NCBI GenBank assembly: GCA_030749415.1
Contig: JASMKC010000045.1
Location: 5,897 to 69,896, forward strand
Source: Myxococcota bacterium
GTDB lineage: Bacteria > Myxococcota_A > UBA9160 > SMWR01
Reading direction: 5' to 3'
Length of the DNA stretch: 64,000 nucleotides
This document shows positions 1 to 9,335 of this stretch, piece by piece (position 1 is the stretch's first letter; the number at the start of each line of letters is the position of its first letter). A program made the translations under genes and the position numbers. The notes beneath the pieces were generated by a model that was not told the DNA's origin, searched no databases, and saw nothing but the letters and a program-made list of their open reading frames with translations.

Positions 1-323
1 CTCGTCACTTAATCACCTTCATGTATCTCTGCTCTGCACTCACCACAGACTTACCCAATCGACGGCTCTCTCCTGTCCCCGACTGGTTAAAGGAGAGAGG
101 ATGGAGAGCCACCCGAGAGTCATCCTTTGCCCGGGGCCTGATCTCCGCTGCAACCTTCGAGCGTCCCCCTGATTGAATTCTCGAGTGGCCGACGGACCGA
201 AGGAGCCGGTCCAACATCGCCAACCCGTTGAAATCGACCGACACCGGAGGCATCCCCCCGCCGCGGTCTCCGGGGGACAGTACCCCCGACCGGGGAAAGG
301 GATTCCGCGTTACCTTCGCATAG

Positions 324-1100
324 ATGTCCGCTGTCGAGCCCGAACTGCCCATTGGTGCACCCCCCGACCACCAGTTCCGTCACTCGGTCCGGAATGTTGC
401 GACGAGCCCCAGGCGTTGGGGGAGAATCTTCTTGGTCCTGGTTGCGATCGCCCTGGCAATCGCGCTCGTCGCGATACTCGGGAAGTGGTTCGGTTCCAAA
501 TTGCCTCGCTTCGAGCACTGGATTCAGAGTCTAGGCTGGTGGGGTCCCGCGGTTTTCCTCGCTGCCTTTTCGGTCCTGACGCTCTTCCAGGTTCCGGAGT
601 TCTTGTTGGCTATCGCGGGGGGCGTTGCGTTCGGCTTGTGGGAGGGTTTCCTGGTCGTGATTGCAGCGAATGTGACCGCGGCCCTGTTCGCATTCTTCCT
701 CTACCGACTGGTCTTCAGAAAACGATTCGAGCAGATGCTTCAGAGGCACCCCAAGACACATGCCGTCGAGTCGGCTGTGTCGGCCAAGGGATTCAAGCTG
801 ATGCTCCTGTTGCGACTCGCTCCTTTCAATTTCTCGCTTCTCAACGCCATTTTCGGAGCGAGCAACGTCCGGTTGACGCCGTTCCTATTCGCTCTGGTGG
901 GCATCATTCCTGGAAATTTCTCAACGGTCTATTTTGGCACCGTGGCCCGGCACGTTGCCCAGAAAAGTGCCGGAGTCGACACGCTCGGCACGACCCATGA
1001 AATCAGTCTTTTCGTCGGGTTCCTGGTGACCGTCGTCATCTGTCTCTTCGTCGCCCATGTCGCGCACCACGCGCTCGAGCAGGTGGAATCCTCGGTCTAG
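324..1100 (+). CDS. TVP38/TMEM64 (VTT/DedA-superfamily) membrane protein
   Basis: 258 aa ORF with hydrophobic segments and family-like motifs WIQSLGWWGPAVF, LLLRLAPFNFSLLNAIFGASNV, GIIPG. Confidence 0.85.
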   Translation: MSAVEPELPIGAPPDHQFRHSVRNVATSPRRWGRIFLVLVAIALAIALVAILGKWFGSKLPRFEHWIQSLGWWGPAVFLAAFSVLTLFQVPEFLLAIAGGVAFGLWEGFLVVIAANVTAALFAFFLYRLVFRKRFEQMLQRHPKTHAVESAVSAKGFKLMLLLRLAPFNFSLLNAIFGASNVRLTPFLFALVGIIPGNFSTVYFGTVARHVAQKSAGVDTLGTTHEISLFVGFLVTVVICLFVAHVAHHALEQVESSV

Positions 1101-1245
1101 CATAGAGGGTAGAGTACGCTCACTGGGGGCAGGGCACCGGCACCGGAGGCTGTTAAGCCGAAAACGGGCTCTCGGAACAAAGTAGAAACTGTTATTGAAA
1201 ACAGACGAAGGTCAGCACCTGTCGTTTCTGGTGACTCGCCGGGAG

Positions 1246-2619
1246 ATGCGCGACCGCGACGTGCAGCCGTTCTTCGAAGACTACCCCGAGATCACCGTGC
1301 TCCTGGCGGCCTTGCTGGCAATGGGTTGTGGAAGCGAGCCTGAGGCCGAGCCGGCCACCGGGCCGTGTTGGGGTCCGGGTTGCGTGGAGACCGTCAGTGA
1401 GTCCCCGGAGAATCCCTCCCTGGTTGTGTTCGCCGTGATGGATACTGTCCGGGCCGCAAGTCTGTCGATGTGTGGATACGGTCGACCCACCAGTCCATTC
1501 CTACAGTCGATGGTGGACGCGGGCGCTGCGTGGAGTTGTCGAGCGCAGACTCCATCGAGCTGGACGGTTCCCAGTCACGCCAGTTTCTTTACCGGCAAGA
1601 ACGTTTTCGAACACAATAGTCATCGTAGAGGGGAATCCATTCTCCCCCTGGCAAGTGAGTGGGAAACACTGGCGGAGCGTTTTTCCGGTCGGGGATATGA
1701 CACCGTTTGTATCAGTGCCAACTCATTTGTCTCCGAGGGCAGCGGGCTGACTCAAGGCTGCGATTTCATTCGCAAGGGGTTGCGAAAGCTGCGAGGTGAC
1801 GAGGTGGTGTCTCAGCTCGGCGAGGTGCTCGAGGGCCGCACCCACACGGATAGACCTCTATTCGTCTTCCTGAACTTCTACGAAGCCCACACGCCGTGGC
1901 AGCCAGTCCCCGCTGGTGTGGAATGGCTGGAATCGAGAGAACTCCTGGAGAACGATACTGCGAAGCGATGGGACTTCGTGTTGGGCAAGATGGGAGATCG
2001 GGAAGCGCAGGAGTACATCGAGCACATCGGTGATTTGTATGACTACGGTGTGTTCCTCGAAGATCGATACCTGGGCGAGGCTTTCGAGTTGCTGAATGAG
2101 CGGGGGTTGATGGCCGGTGGTGTGCGGTTTGTGGTGACGTCGGATCATGGTGAGTTGCTCGGCGAGCATGGACTGCTCAACCACGGGAAGACTCTTCACG
2201 AGCCGATTACCCGTGTGCCACTTGTCTACTGGGAGAAGCCGACACGTGGGGAAGTGCACTTTCCCGAGAGTCCATTTTCTGCGATATCGAGCTACTACCT
2301 GGTACTGGAGGGGCGCTATGTGCCAGTGCCGGCGATGGCTGTTGATCTGCCATTTCCATACTGGGCGAAGCATACGGGAGGCAAAGTGGGGAACGAGACC
2401 TGGTTTGCTCGCTGGGAGGGAAGCCGGAAGACAATCTGGAAGGACGGCCAGGCCCAGCGGATAGACCTGGATGCCGATCCCGACGAATCCGATGCACGCC
2501 TGGTGGACACTCCACTACCGGTGGAATTCCAGGGGATTGTATCTGTGGAAAAGCCGGAGTCAGAGCCGACGCCTCCCGAAATGCTCGAGATGCTGAAGGC
2601 TCTGGGCTATGCCGAGTAG
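1246..2619 (+). CDS. Sulfatase-fold hydrolase/transferase, probable lipoprotein
   Basis: Motifs VMDTVRA, WTVPSHASFFTG, TSDHGELLGEHG, HGKTLHEPITRVPL; lipobox-like LLAMGC; C-terminal LKALGYAE. Start uncertain (1195 TTG, 1246 ATG or later). Confidence 0.85.
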   Translation: MRDRDVQPFFEDYPEITVLLAALLAMGCGSEPEAEPATGPCWGPGCVETVSESPENPSLVVFAVMDTVRAASLSMCGYGRPTSPFLQSMVDAGAAWSCRAQTPSSWTVPSHASFFTGKNVFEHNSHRRGESILPLASEWETLAERFSGRGYDTVCISANSFVSEGSGLTQGCDFIRKGLRKLRGDEVVSQLGEVLEGRTHTDRPLFVFLNFYEAHTPWQPVPAGVEWLESRELLENDTAKRWDFVLGKMGDREAQEYIEHIGDLYDYGVFLEDRYLGEAFELLNERGLMAGGVRFVVTSDHGELLGEHGLLNHGKTLHEPITRVPLVYWEKPTRGEVHFPESPFSAISSYYLVLEGRYVPVPAMAVDLPFPYWAKHTGGKVGNETWFARWEGSRKTIWKDGQAQRIDLDADPDESDARLVDTPLPVEFQGIVSVEKPESEPTPPEMLEMLKALGYAE

Positions 2620-2656
2620 ATGGCAGGGCCAATGGAACAGCCACCGCGGGATCGGA

Positions 2657-3302
2657 TTACACCGCGACGTCCAGCACCTTGAACTGGTCGGATGGCGACT
2701 CGACGGACAAGTATTTCGACGCGTCGATCAGCGACGACGGTGATCCTGAGGGCACCGAAGACTCCCTTGAACTTCCTTTGCCCAGACGCGGCGTCGCCAG
2801 CTCACCGCCACCCCTCTCCCGCGGGTAGCGTATCGGCCGCGACGGGATCGAGTAGCCTGCGCTGGCTCGACCGCAGGAGACGCCACGTTGTCCAAAGCAC
2901 AACAGCTCGACGCACACAGCTCGCTCGATGCAGAGCGCTTCAGCGAGTAGGAGCAGCTCTTCGATCGCGCCTGGATGCTCGAGCAGTGTACCGCGCGCAT
3001 CGATCGCGCGGGCCTTCGCGTATATGACGTGGGCGGCCGCTCGGAAGAGCGCACTGCGCGCCAAGCAGCAGCCAAAACCAACCGGTGAAGACGAGGGCAA
3101 GCGAAAAGGCGAGACCGAGTGCTCTTGAGTACTGCGGAGAAGGCTCGGCGAATAGCGCCCCGATAGCACCGACGGCACCAGTGAAGGCGGCGCATAACCC
3201 GGCAAGGAGGAGCAGCGCACCTATGACTCGCCAGAGTACGCGCGGTCCCGGAAGCGTCTCATAGGGTCCGGGCGGAAGCTCTGCATCGATCATCGAGCTC
3301 AC
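2657..3302 (-). pseudogene. Small membrane protein, possibly frameshifted near 3065
   Basis: ORF 2940-3302 has two clear TM segments, then turns Arg-rich and low-complexity; the adjacent frame (2657-3220) reads more protein-like from that point (ARSALFRAAAHVIYAKA...). No family recognised. Confidence 0.3.
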
Positions 3303-3418
3303 TTCGGGCCGCCTAACTAGTTGATCACTGGAGCTCTAACGCTCATCCAGCTGACGTGTCCCCGGAGAATCCGTATGCACCGAGCTTGTCTGCGTGCAGG
3401 CTCGTCGACTGCGGCTGC

Positions 3419-3985
3419 CTACTCTTGCCCCCACCTCGCCGCCAGGCGCTCGGTCAGAGCCTGCTTCCAGCTCTCCATCGGCTGGAAGTCCGGCGTGTCC
3501 TTGTAGGTCGATTCGGTCTGGGACAGGATTTCGTCGTCGGAGAGCGAGAGATCCAGCGGTTCGACCACCGGCTGGCGCACGTGCCACGGGGTGTCGACGA
3601 AACACTCGATGCCATTGCCCTCGGGATCGGGGAAGTAGAGCGACCAGCCGCGACCGTGCGTGATGGGCAGGAACTGCGTAACGCCGGCCTTCTCCGCTGC
3701 CACCTTGACGGCGCGCAGCTCCGCCAGGTTCTTCACGTGGAAGGAGATCTGGTTCAGCACGCCCCCCTGGATGCCGGCGTCCCGGCGTCCCTCCACCAGG
3801 GCGATCTGGTGATGCTCGTCGGGATCGGCGCTCAGGAAGACGATTTGCGGCTCCCCGGGCAGCGGCAGCTTGCCGCGGTCCGTGACCTCGAAGCCCAGCA
3901 GCTCGGTGTAGAAGGCCAGCATGGCCTCGATGTCGTGTACGTGAAAGCCGACGTGGCTAAAGCGAATGCGGGGAATTTCGGCCAT
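3419..3985 (-). CDS. VOC/glyoxalase family protein (extradiol dioxygenase-like fold)
   Basis: FSHVGFHVHDIEAMLAFYTELLGF, HHQIAL, NQISFHV, SLYFPDPEGNGIE. Confidence 0.85.
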   Translation of the reverse strand: MAEIPRIRFSHVGFHVHDIEAMLAFYTELLGFEVTDRGKLPLPGEPQIVFLSADPDEHHQIALVEGRRDAGIQGGVLNQISFHVKNLAELRAVKVAAEKAGVTQFLPITHGRGWSLYFPDPEGNGIECFVDTPWHVRQPVVEPLDLSLSDDEILSQTESTYKDTPDFQPMESWKQALTERLAARWGQE

Positions 3986-4064
3986 GATCTCTACTCCTCT
4001 TCAATCGGATCGAAACGCTCCGTGCAGACCGGTTCGCCGTGTGAGCTGCGCGGGCGCGTCATTG

Positions 4065-4700
4065 TCACGAGGGATCGAGCGGCTCGTGCGCGATGCGCTC
4101 GGCCTCCTCAGGTGACACACCGAGACTGCGCAGCACGAGTTCGGCGGTGGTCTCTGCGGCGTCTTCGCCGAGGAGCCCCTGGTTCCAGCACGTGAGCACG
4201 CCGATCAGCGCGCCGTCGATGAAGCTCCAGGTGGCCCGCAGGTCCCTCACCTGGAAGCGGTCGCTGGCCACACCGCGGTTCATGTCTTCCACGGGGGGCG
4301 CCCCCATTCCCTCGGCCAGCCTGCGAAAGGGGGTTCCGGATTGGAAGACGTACCAGTTCCAGAGCGGGTCGCTGGCGATCGCCCGCAGTGCGACGCGAAC
4401 GCCGGCGGAGAGGCGCAATGCCGGATCTCGTCTGCCGCCCGTCACGCGGTCGACCCGCACGTGGATACGCTTCGCCAACTCGTCGATGAGCGGTCGGAGC
4501 ACCTCGGCCTTGCTGTCGAAGTGGCAATAGAAGGTGCCGTGACCGACGTCTGCCTCCTCCGTGATGCCCTGGACGGTTACGGCGTCGACCCCGCGCTCGC
4601 GCATGAGTCGCTCGGCCGCTTCCACGATCCGGGCGCGCGTGCGCTGGCGGCGCCGCTCGCTGCGAGTGCCCGTTGCCGTCTCGCCGGTTTCCAGACTCAT
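4065..4700 (-). CDS. TetR/AcrR family transcriptional regulator
   Basis: N-terminal HTH RARIVEAAERLMRERGVDAVTVQGITEEADVGHGTFYCHFDSK. Confidence 0.9.
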   Translation of the reverse strand: MSLETGETATGTRSERRRQRTRARIVEAAERLMRERGVDAVTVQGITEEADVGHGTFYCHFDSKAEVLRPLIDELAKRIHVRVDRVTGGRRDPALRLSAGVRVALRAIASDPLWNWYVFQSGTPFRRLAEGMGAPPVEDMNRGVASDRFQVRDLRATWSFIDGALIGVLTCWNQGLLGEDAAETTAELVLRSLGVSPEEAERIAHEPLDPS

Positions 4701-4708
4701 CTCCAGTA

Positions 4709-4754
4709 TTATGACTGAAATCAGTCTTGACGCAAGTCATAAACAAACTAGAGT
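4709..4754. promoter_or_regulatory. Divergent promoter with palindromic TetR-type operator(s)
   Basis: GACTGA-AA-TCAGTC (4713-4726) inside a wider inverted repeat TTATGACT (4709-4716) / AGTCATAA (4735-4742); TTGACG (4727) and TAGAGT (4749) resemble -35/-10 for the + gene. Confidence 0.55.
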
Positions 4755-4779
4755 CTGTCTCAGTATTCCCGGAGGCAGC

Positions 4780-5946
4780 ATGCAACTCGAAGACGTCGTC
4801 CCCGCGGCCCGCGCACTGCTTCCGGCCACTTGCGAGCGCGCGGAGAAGACCGAAGCGGCCAGGCAGCTGCTGCCCGAAGCCGTCACCGACCTGCGCGCTG
4901 CCGGCCTGTTCGGGCTGCTCCAGCCAAAGCGCTGGGGAGGGCTCGAGCTGGAGCCGGCGGCACTGGTGCGTGCCAGCACCGAACTCGCCCGCGGCTGCGG
5001 CTCCACCGCGTGGTGTCTGGGTGTGCTGGCGGTGCACAACTGGATGCTGGGTCTCTACGAGGAGCGGGCCCAGCAGGATGTCTGGAGCGAAGACCCGGAA
5101 ACGCTGCTGGCGGCCTCCTTCGCCCCCACCGGCAAGGCCGAGCGTGTGGCGGACGGCATTCGGGTCAGCGGACGCTGGTCGTTCGCCAGCGGCTGCGACG
5201 CTTCGCGCTGGATGATGGTGGGCGCCGTCGTCCCTTCCGAGGGAGAGATCCCGGATCTGCGCCTCTTCCTGGTGCCCCAGAGCGAGTACCGGATCGACGA
5301 CAACTGGCACGTCAGCGGTCTGGCGGGAACCGGCAGCAAGGACATCGTGATCGACGGGGCCGTGGTGCCCGAGCATCGTTCGCTCTCCGTGGTGCAGGCC
5401 ATGCAGGGTCGCTCGCCGGGCCGCGAGCTCTACGCAAACAGCCCGCTCTACCGCGTTCCGTTCGGAACCATGCTGCTCTTCGCTCTGGTCGGGCCGGCGC
5501 TGGGGTTGGCGCGCGGGACCTACACCGCGTTCATCGAGAGAGCGCGCAACCGACAAATCACCTACAGCGTCGAGAAGCAGTCCGAGCAGACCCCCGTGCA
5601 CGTGATGCTGGGCGACGTCAGCTATGAGCTGGATGCGGTGGATCTGCTCTGGGAGCGCGACCTGGCTGAGATCGCGCGCATGACGCGGGAGCAGCAGGAC
5701 TTCAGCGTGGCGCAACGCGCGCGCTACAAGCGCGACGTGGGCCTGGGCCTGCGCCGCTGTCAGGAGGTGGTGACCAGGCTCTCGGGCGCCAGCGGCGCCC
5801 ACGGCATCTTCCTCTCGAGTTCCATCCAGCGCGCCTTCCGAGACACGCATGCCATGACGACCCACGCGGCCCTGGATCCGATCCAGGCGGCCCGCACCCT
5901 GGGACGCGTGGAACTCGATCTCGAGCCCGCTACGGTGATCCTCTGA
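4780..5946 (+). CDS. Acyl-CoA dehydrogenase-fold flavin-dependent monooxygenase, oxygenase component (HsaA/HpaB-like)
   Basis: GGAGG RBS before ATG 4780; motifs LARGCGSTAW, SGRWSFASGCD, WHVSGLAGTGS, IQRAFRDTHAMTTH. Confidence 0.85.
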   Translation: MQLEDVVPAARALLPATCERAEKTEAARQLLPEAVTDLRAAGLFGLLQPKRWGGLELEPAALVRASTELARGCGSTAWCLGVLAVHNWMLGLYEERAQQDVWSEDPETLLAASFAPTGKAERVADGIRVSGRWSFASGCDASRWMMVGAVVPSEGEIPDLRLFLVPQSEYRIDDNWHVSGLAGTGSKDIVIDGAVVPEHRSLSVVQAMQGRSPGRELYANSPLYRVPFGTMLLFALVGPALGLARGTYTAFIERARNRQITYSVEKQSEQTPVHVMLGDVSYELDAVDLLWERDLAEIARMTREQQDFSVAQRARYKRDVGLGLRRCQEVVTRLSGASGAHGIFLSSSIQRAFRDTHAMTTHAALDPIQAARTLGRVELDLEPATVIL

Positions 5947-5970
5947 CGGCGCCCCGGCGGGGCAGGCCCC

Positions 5971-7221
5971 TCAGCGAATCGCCAGCAGCCGGGGGTCGTT
6001 GTCGAGCAGTGCGCGCTTGCACATGAAGTCGACGAGGCCGACGCTGTAGCGCTTCGCCGACGCTTCGCCCGTGAAGACGCGCGGCAGGTGCTTCTCGAAG
6101 TGGGGGCCGAGCATCCGGCCGAGCAACGACTCGCGCATGGTCTCACCGACGCGAAATAGCGTGAACAGCCGCCCGGAATAGAAGTGATCGATGGTCTGTT
6201 GCCACGCGCGAATATGGCGGGCGACGTGGGCCTCGTAACGCCTCATCTGGCGCTCTCCTCCGCCCGCGAGGATCGCCCGGGAGAGCTGCTTCGCGCCGTC
6301 AAAGGCGAGCAGCAGGCCGCTCGAGAAGACGGGGTCGACAAACCCGAAGGTGTCTCCGGCCAGCACCCAGCCGTCCCCGAAGCCGCGCCGGGAGACGAGC
6401 TGGTAGTTCGAGTATTTCAGCACCGGCGTCAGGCGGCGGGGGTGCTCCCCCCAGAGTGCGATCAACGGATCGTGCTTCAGGTAGGCGTCGAACTGCTGGT
6501 CGATCGTGGAGCCGAACTTCTTCAGAGTGTCGGAATCCATCACGAGCCCAACCGACATCTTCCCGGGGAGCGGGATTCGCCAGCTCCAGCCCCGCTCCAG
6601 CCTGTCGGTGTGCACATCGCCTTCGACCACCTGCGCGACCCCCTCGCAGTGCGCGAAGAGTGCCGTGTCGTTGCGGGATCCGGCCGTGAAGGGAAGCTCC
6701 AGCAGGTTGGGAAGCAGCCGGACGCGGCCGCTGGCATCCACGATCAGATCGGGCTGCTCGCGCAGGAAGCCCTCGGTCAGATCCAGCGTCTCCGGCGTGA
6801 GTCGAACCCGGTCCGAATCGCCCACCCGTTCGACGCGCGCGGTCCCGCGCACCACCTTCGCGCCGCACTCTGCGGCCCGCGCCGAGAGCGAAGCGTCGAA
6901 CTCCTCGCGCGGCACGTTGTAGGAGTATCCGGTCGTGGCGCCGCGAACGTCGGCGAAGGTGAAGTTCAAGACGTCGTCCGGGCCGAGCACGAAAGTCGCG
7001 CCGCGCTTGTACGTGCTGTAGCCCGCGACCTCCTCCTCGATCCCCAGCTCCCGGAGAAAGGGAATCGTGGCGGGAACCAGAGACTCGCCGACGACGGCCG
7101 GAGGACGCGTCGCGCGGTCGAAAACAACGACCTGCACGCCGGCCCGGCACAGGTGGATGGTCAGTGCTGCACCGGCGGCTCCGCCCCCGATGATGGCAAC
7201 GCTGCGGATGGGGTTCGCCAC
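5971..7221 (-). CDS. FAD-dependent halogenase-like oxidoreductase A
   Basis: GGGAAG, VGESLVP, YKRGATF (Lys at the halogenase position), GWSWRIP, GDTFGFVDPVFSSG. Start taken as GTG 7221; the track extension to 8706 is antisense to the next gene. Confidence 0.8.
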   Translation of the reverse strand: MANPIRSVAIIGGGAAGAALTIHLCRAGVQVVVFDRATRPPAVVGESLVPATIPFLRELGIEEEVAGYSTYKRGATFVLGPDDVLNFTFADVRGATTGYSYNVPREEFDASLSARAAECGAKVVRGTARVERVGDSDRVRLTPETLDLTEGFLREQPDLIVDASGRVRLLPNLLELPFTAGSRNDTALFAHCEGVAQVVEGDVHTDRLERGWSWRIPLPGKMSVGLVMDSDTLKKFGSTIDQQFDAYLKHDPLIALWGEHPRRLTPVLKYSNYQLVSRRGFGDGWVLAGDTFGFVDPVFSSGLLLAFDGAKQLSRAILAGGGERQMRRYEAHVARHIRAWQQTIDHFYSGRLFTLFRVGETMRESLLGRMLGPHFEKHLPRVFTGEASAKRYSVGLVDFMCKRALLDNDPRLLAIR

Positions 7222-7476
7222 GATGCCGGCAACGCTATGACAGCCGCGTCGGATGGGCAAAGGTCTCGGTCGCTGCACGCGCCAATTTTGGCCTCTCGAG
7301 GGTCTGGCTCCCCCCGATCGTTCCCACCGCTGAGGCGAATCGCCCCGCAGGGGACGCCTCGCGGGCGATCGCGAGGCGTCGCGTGCTGCGATGCACGCTT
7401 CCCCCGAAAACCTGGCTGTCGTAATGTTGCTCTCGCGCCTGCGGGTTTCGCGTGAGCGGGTGCGGAGGCCTGAAGC

Positions 7477-9051
7477 ATGTCGCATTCCAAGCTGGCCGTC
7501 GCGATCCTCGGCGGCGGCATGGCGGGCAGCCTCTTGGCGCGGCAGCTCGTGCGCCAGCTGCCCGGCCACCGGATCGGTGTCTTCGAGAAGAAGCGCGAGC
7601 ACTCGTACACCGTGGGCGAATCCATGGTCGAGATCGCCAGCAACTACTTCGTGCGCCGCCTCGGGCTCAGCAGCTACCTCTATGAGCGTCACTACCCGAA
7701 GAACGGGCTGCGCTTCTTCTTCGACTCGGGGGACAAAACGACGCCGCTCCAGGAAATGAGCGAGATCGGATCCGCCTCGCTCCCGTTCCACCCGGCCTTT
7801 CAGATCGATCGCAGTCGTCTGGAGAGCGACCTGAACCAGATGAACGTCCGGGACGGCGTGCGCGTTCGCATGGGCGTGCGCGTGGATCGACTCGAGCTGG
7901 GCAGGGATGGGGCGCCCCACCGCTTCCGTGTTCTGGACGGGTCGAAGTCCGAGGAGTTCGAGAGCCGCTGGGTCATCGACGCCACCGGCCGGAATCGGAT
8001 GATCGCGCGTCTCGAGAATCTCCAGGTCCCCGAGACACAGCTGGAGAACGCGGCGACCTGGGGCTGGTTCGAAGGGGTCACGGACATCGACTCTCTCGGG
8101 CCCGAGTCCTTTCGCGAGCGCGTGCGTCACACCCCCCGCAGGCTCTCGACGCTGCACTTCCTCTACCGCGGCTACTGGATCTGGTTCATTCCCCTGCAGG
8201 GGGGAACCACGAGCATCGGTGTCGTCGGCGAGAAAAGTCGGCTCGCCCGGAAGTTCGGCAGTGGCGAAGAGTTGCTGGCGTTCCTGCGCCAGCATGCGGC
8301 AGTCGGCTCGCTGCTGGAGAGCGCCAAGCCGATCGCGACCCGAAACTTCGCTCATCTCGCGTACGGGACGCGTCGCTTCTTCAGCCCGGACCGCTGGGGC
8401 CTGGTCGGAGAATCCGGTGCGTTTCCAGATCCCTACTACAGCCCGGGGGCCGACTTCATCGCGCTGGCGAACGATCTCGTGGGGGACCTCATCGCACGCG
8501 ACCTGCGCGGGGAGGAGCCGGCGGCGGTCCGCGACCGCACGGAACTCTACGACCAGTTCATGCACTTCCGCGTGGAGGCCGCCATGCGACTCTACCGCGA
8601 CCTCTACCCCGTCATCGGGAGCTACGAGCTGTGCAAGCTCCGCTGGGACCTCGACATAGGCTGCTACTACAACCTCTGGGTCTCGCAGTTCACCCGAGAC
8701 GAGCATCTCGATGCGCGAGAGCTGAAACGCCAGCTCGTCCAGCGCGACTACATCCTGGCGGCACTGTCAAACTTCACCGCGTTGTTCCAGAAGCTAGACG
8801 CACACCTGAGTGCCAAGGGCGCCTACTACCGGAAGAACCGCGGTGAGTACTCCGACGGTCAGGACTGCCTGGGCTTCGCCCGGCGTGTGGGGTGCCCGCG
8901 CAGTCCCACAGATGTGATCGAGACGACGCAGGAGATCTTCAACGCGGTGCGCAACCGGGCACTCGATCTGCTGGAGGATGCGCCCACTCCGGTGGAGCGC
9001 GAGGCGAAGCCGCTCGTCTGGTTCACGAGCCCGCGCGAGCTCGACGCGTAG
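7477..9051 (+). CDS. FAD-dependent halogenase-like oxidoreductase B (CrpH/McnD/AerJ-like sequence pattern)
   Basis: GGGMAG, VGESMVE, HYPKNGLRFFF, YWIWFIPL, FPDPYYSPGADFI. Confidence 0.8.
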   Translation: MSHSKLAVAILGGGMAGSLLARQLVRQLPGHRIGVFEKKREHSYTVGESMVEIASNYFVRRLGLSSYLYERHYPKNGLRFFFDSGDKTTPLQEMSEIGSASLPFHPAFQIDRSRLESDLNQMNVRDGVRVRMGVRVDRLELGRDGAPHRFRVLDGSKSEEFESRWVIDATGRNRMIARLENLQVPETQLENAATWGWFEGVTDIDSLGPESFRERVRHTPRRLSTLHFLYRGYWIWFIPLQGGTTSIGVVGEKSRLARKFGSGEELLAFLRQHAAVGSLLESAKPIATRNFAHLAYGTRRFFSPDRWGLVGESGAFPDPYYSPGADFIALANDLVGDLIARDLRGEEPAAVRDRTELYDQFMHFRVEAAMRLYRDLYPVIGSYELCKLRWDLDIGCYYNLWVSQFTRDEHLDARELKRQLVQRDYILAALSNFTALFQKLDAHLSAKGAYYRKNRGEYSDGQDCLGFARRVGCPRSPTDVIETTQEIFNAVRNRALDLLEDAPTPVEREAKPLVWFTSPRELDA

Positions 9052-9164
9052 CGCCGTCCTGCGCGTGCGAGTGAACTGGCAACACGCGCACCGACCCGCT
9101 CGGCTGCGCTCCCTTGGCTCGTGACTGCCGTTCGAAGCGGTCGGCGAGGTGAGTTCGGATCGCC

Positions 9165-9218
9165 AGAATCTCTACTGATCGGACCCGGGGAAAACGCAAC
9201 TCGAACTTCCTATACTCC
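9165..9218 (+). repeat. Dispersed upstream element, copy A
   Basis: AGAATCTCTACTGATCGGACCCGGGGAAAACGCAACTCGAACTTCCTATACTCC; 49/54 identical to copy D (46048-46101) by manual alignment. Confidence 0.9.
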
Positions 9219-9335
9219 TCCGTCGAGCCGGTCGATTGGGGTTTCGCCAAGTCCGATGTCGAAAGGCTTCGCGAACGCGGTTCCATCGCTTGAGGAGTTC
9301 TGGTGCGCCACGCTTTTCCCAGGAAAACCGACACC

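Noticed and set aside
5-352. Minus-strand ORF with GGRSKVAAEI, faintly like a Dam-methylase motif
   Set aside because: Only one short resemblance with no DPPY or other motifs; overlaps the start of the TVP38 gene
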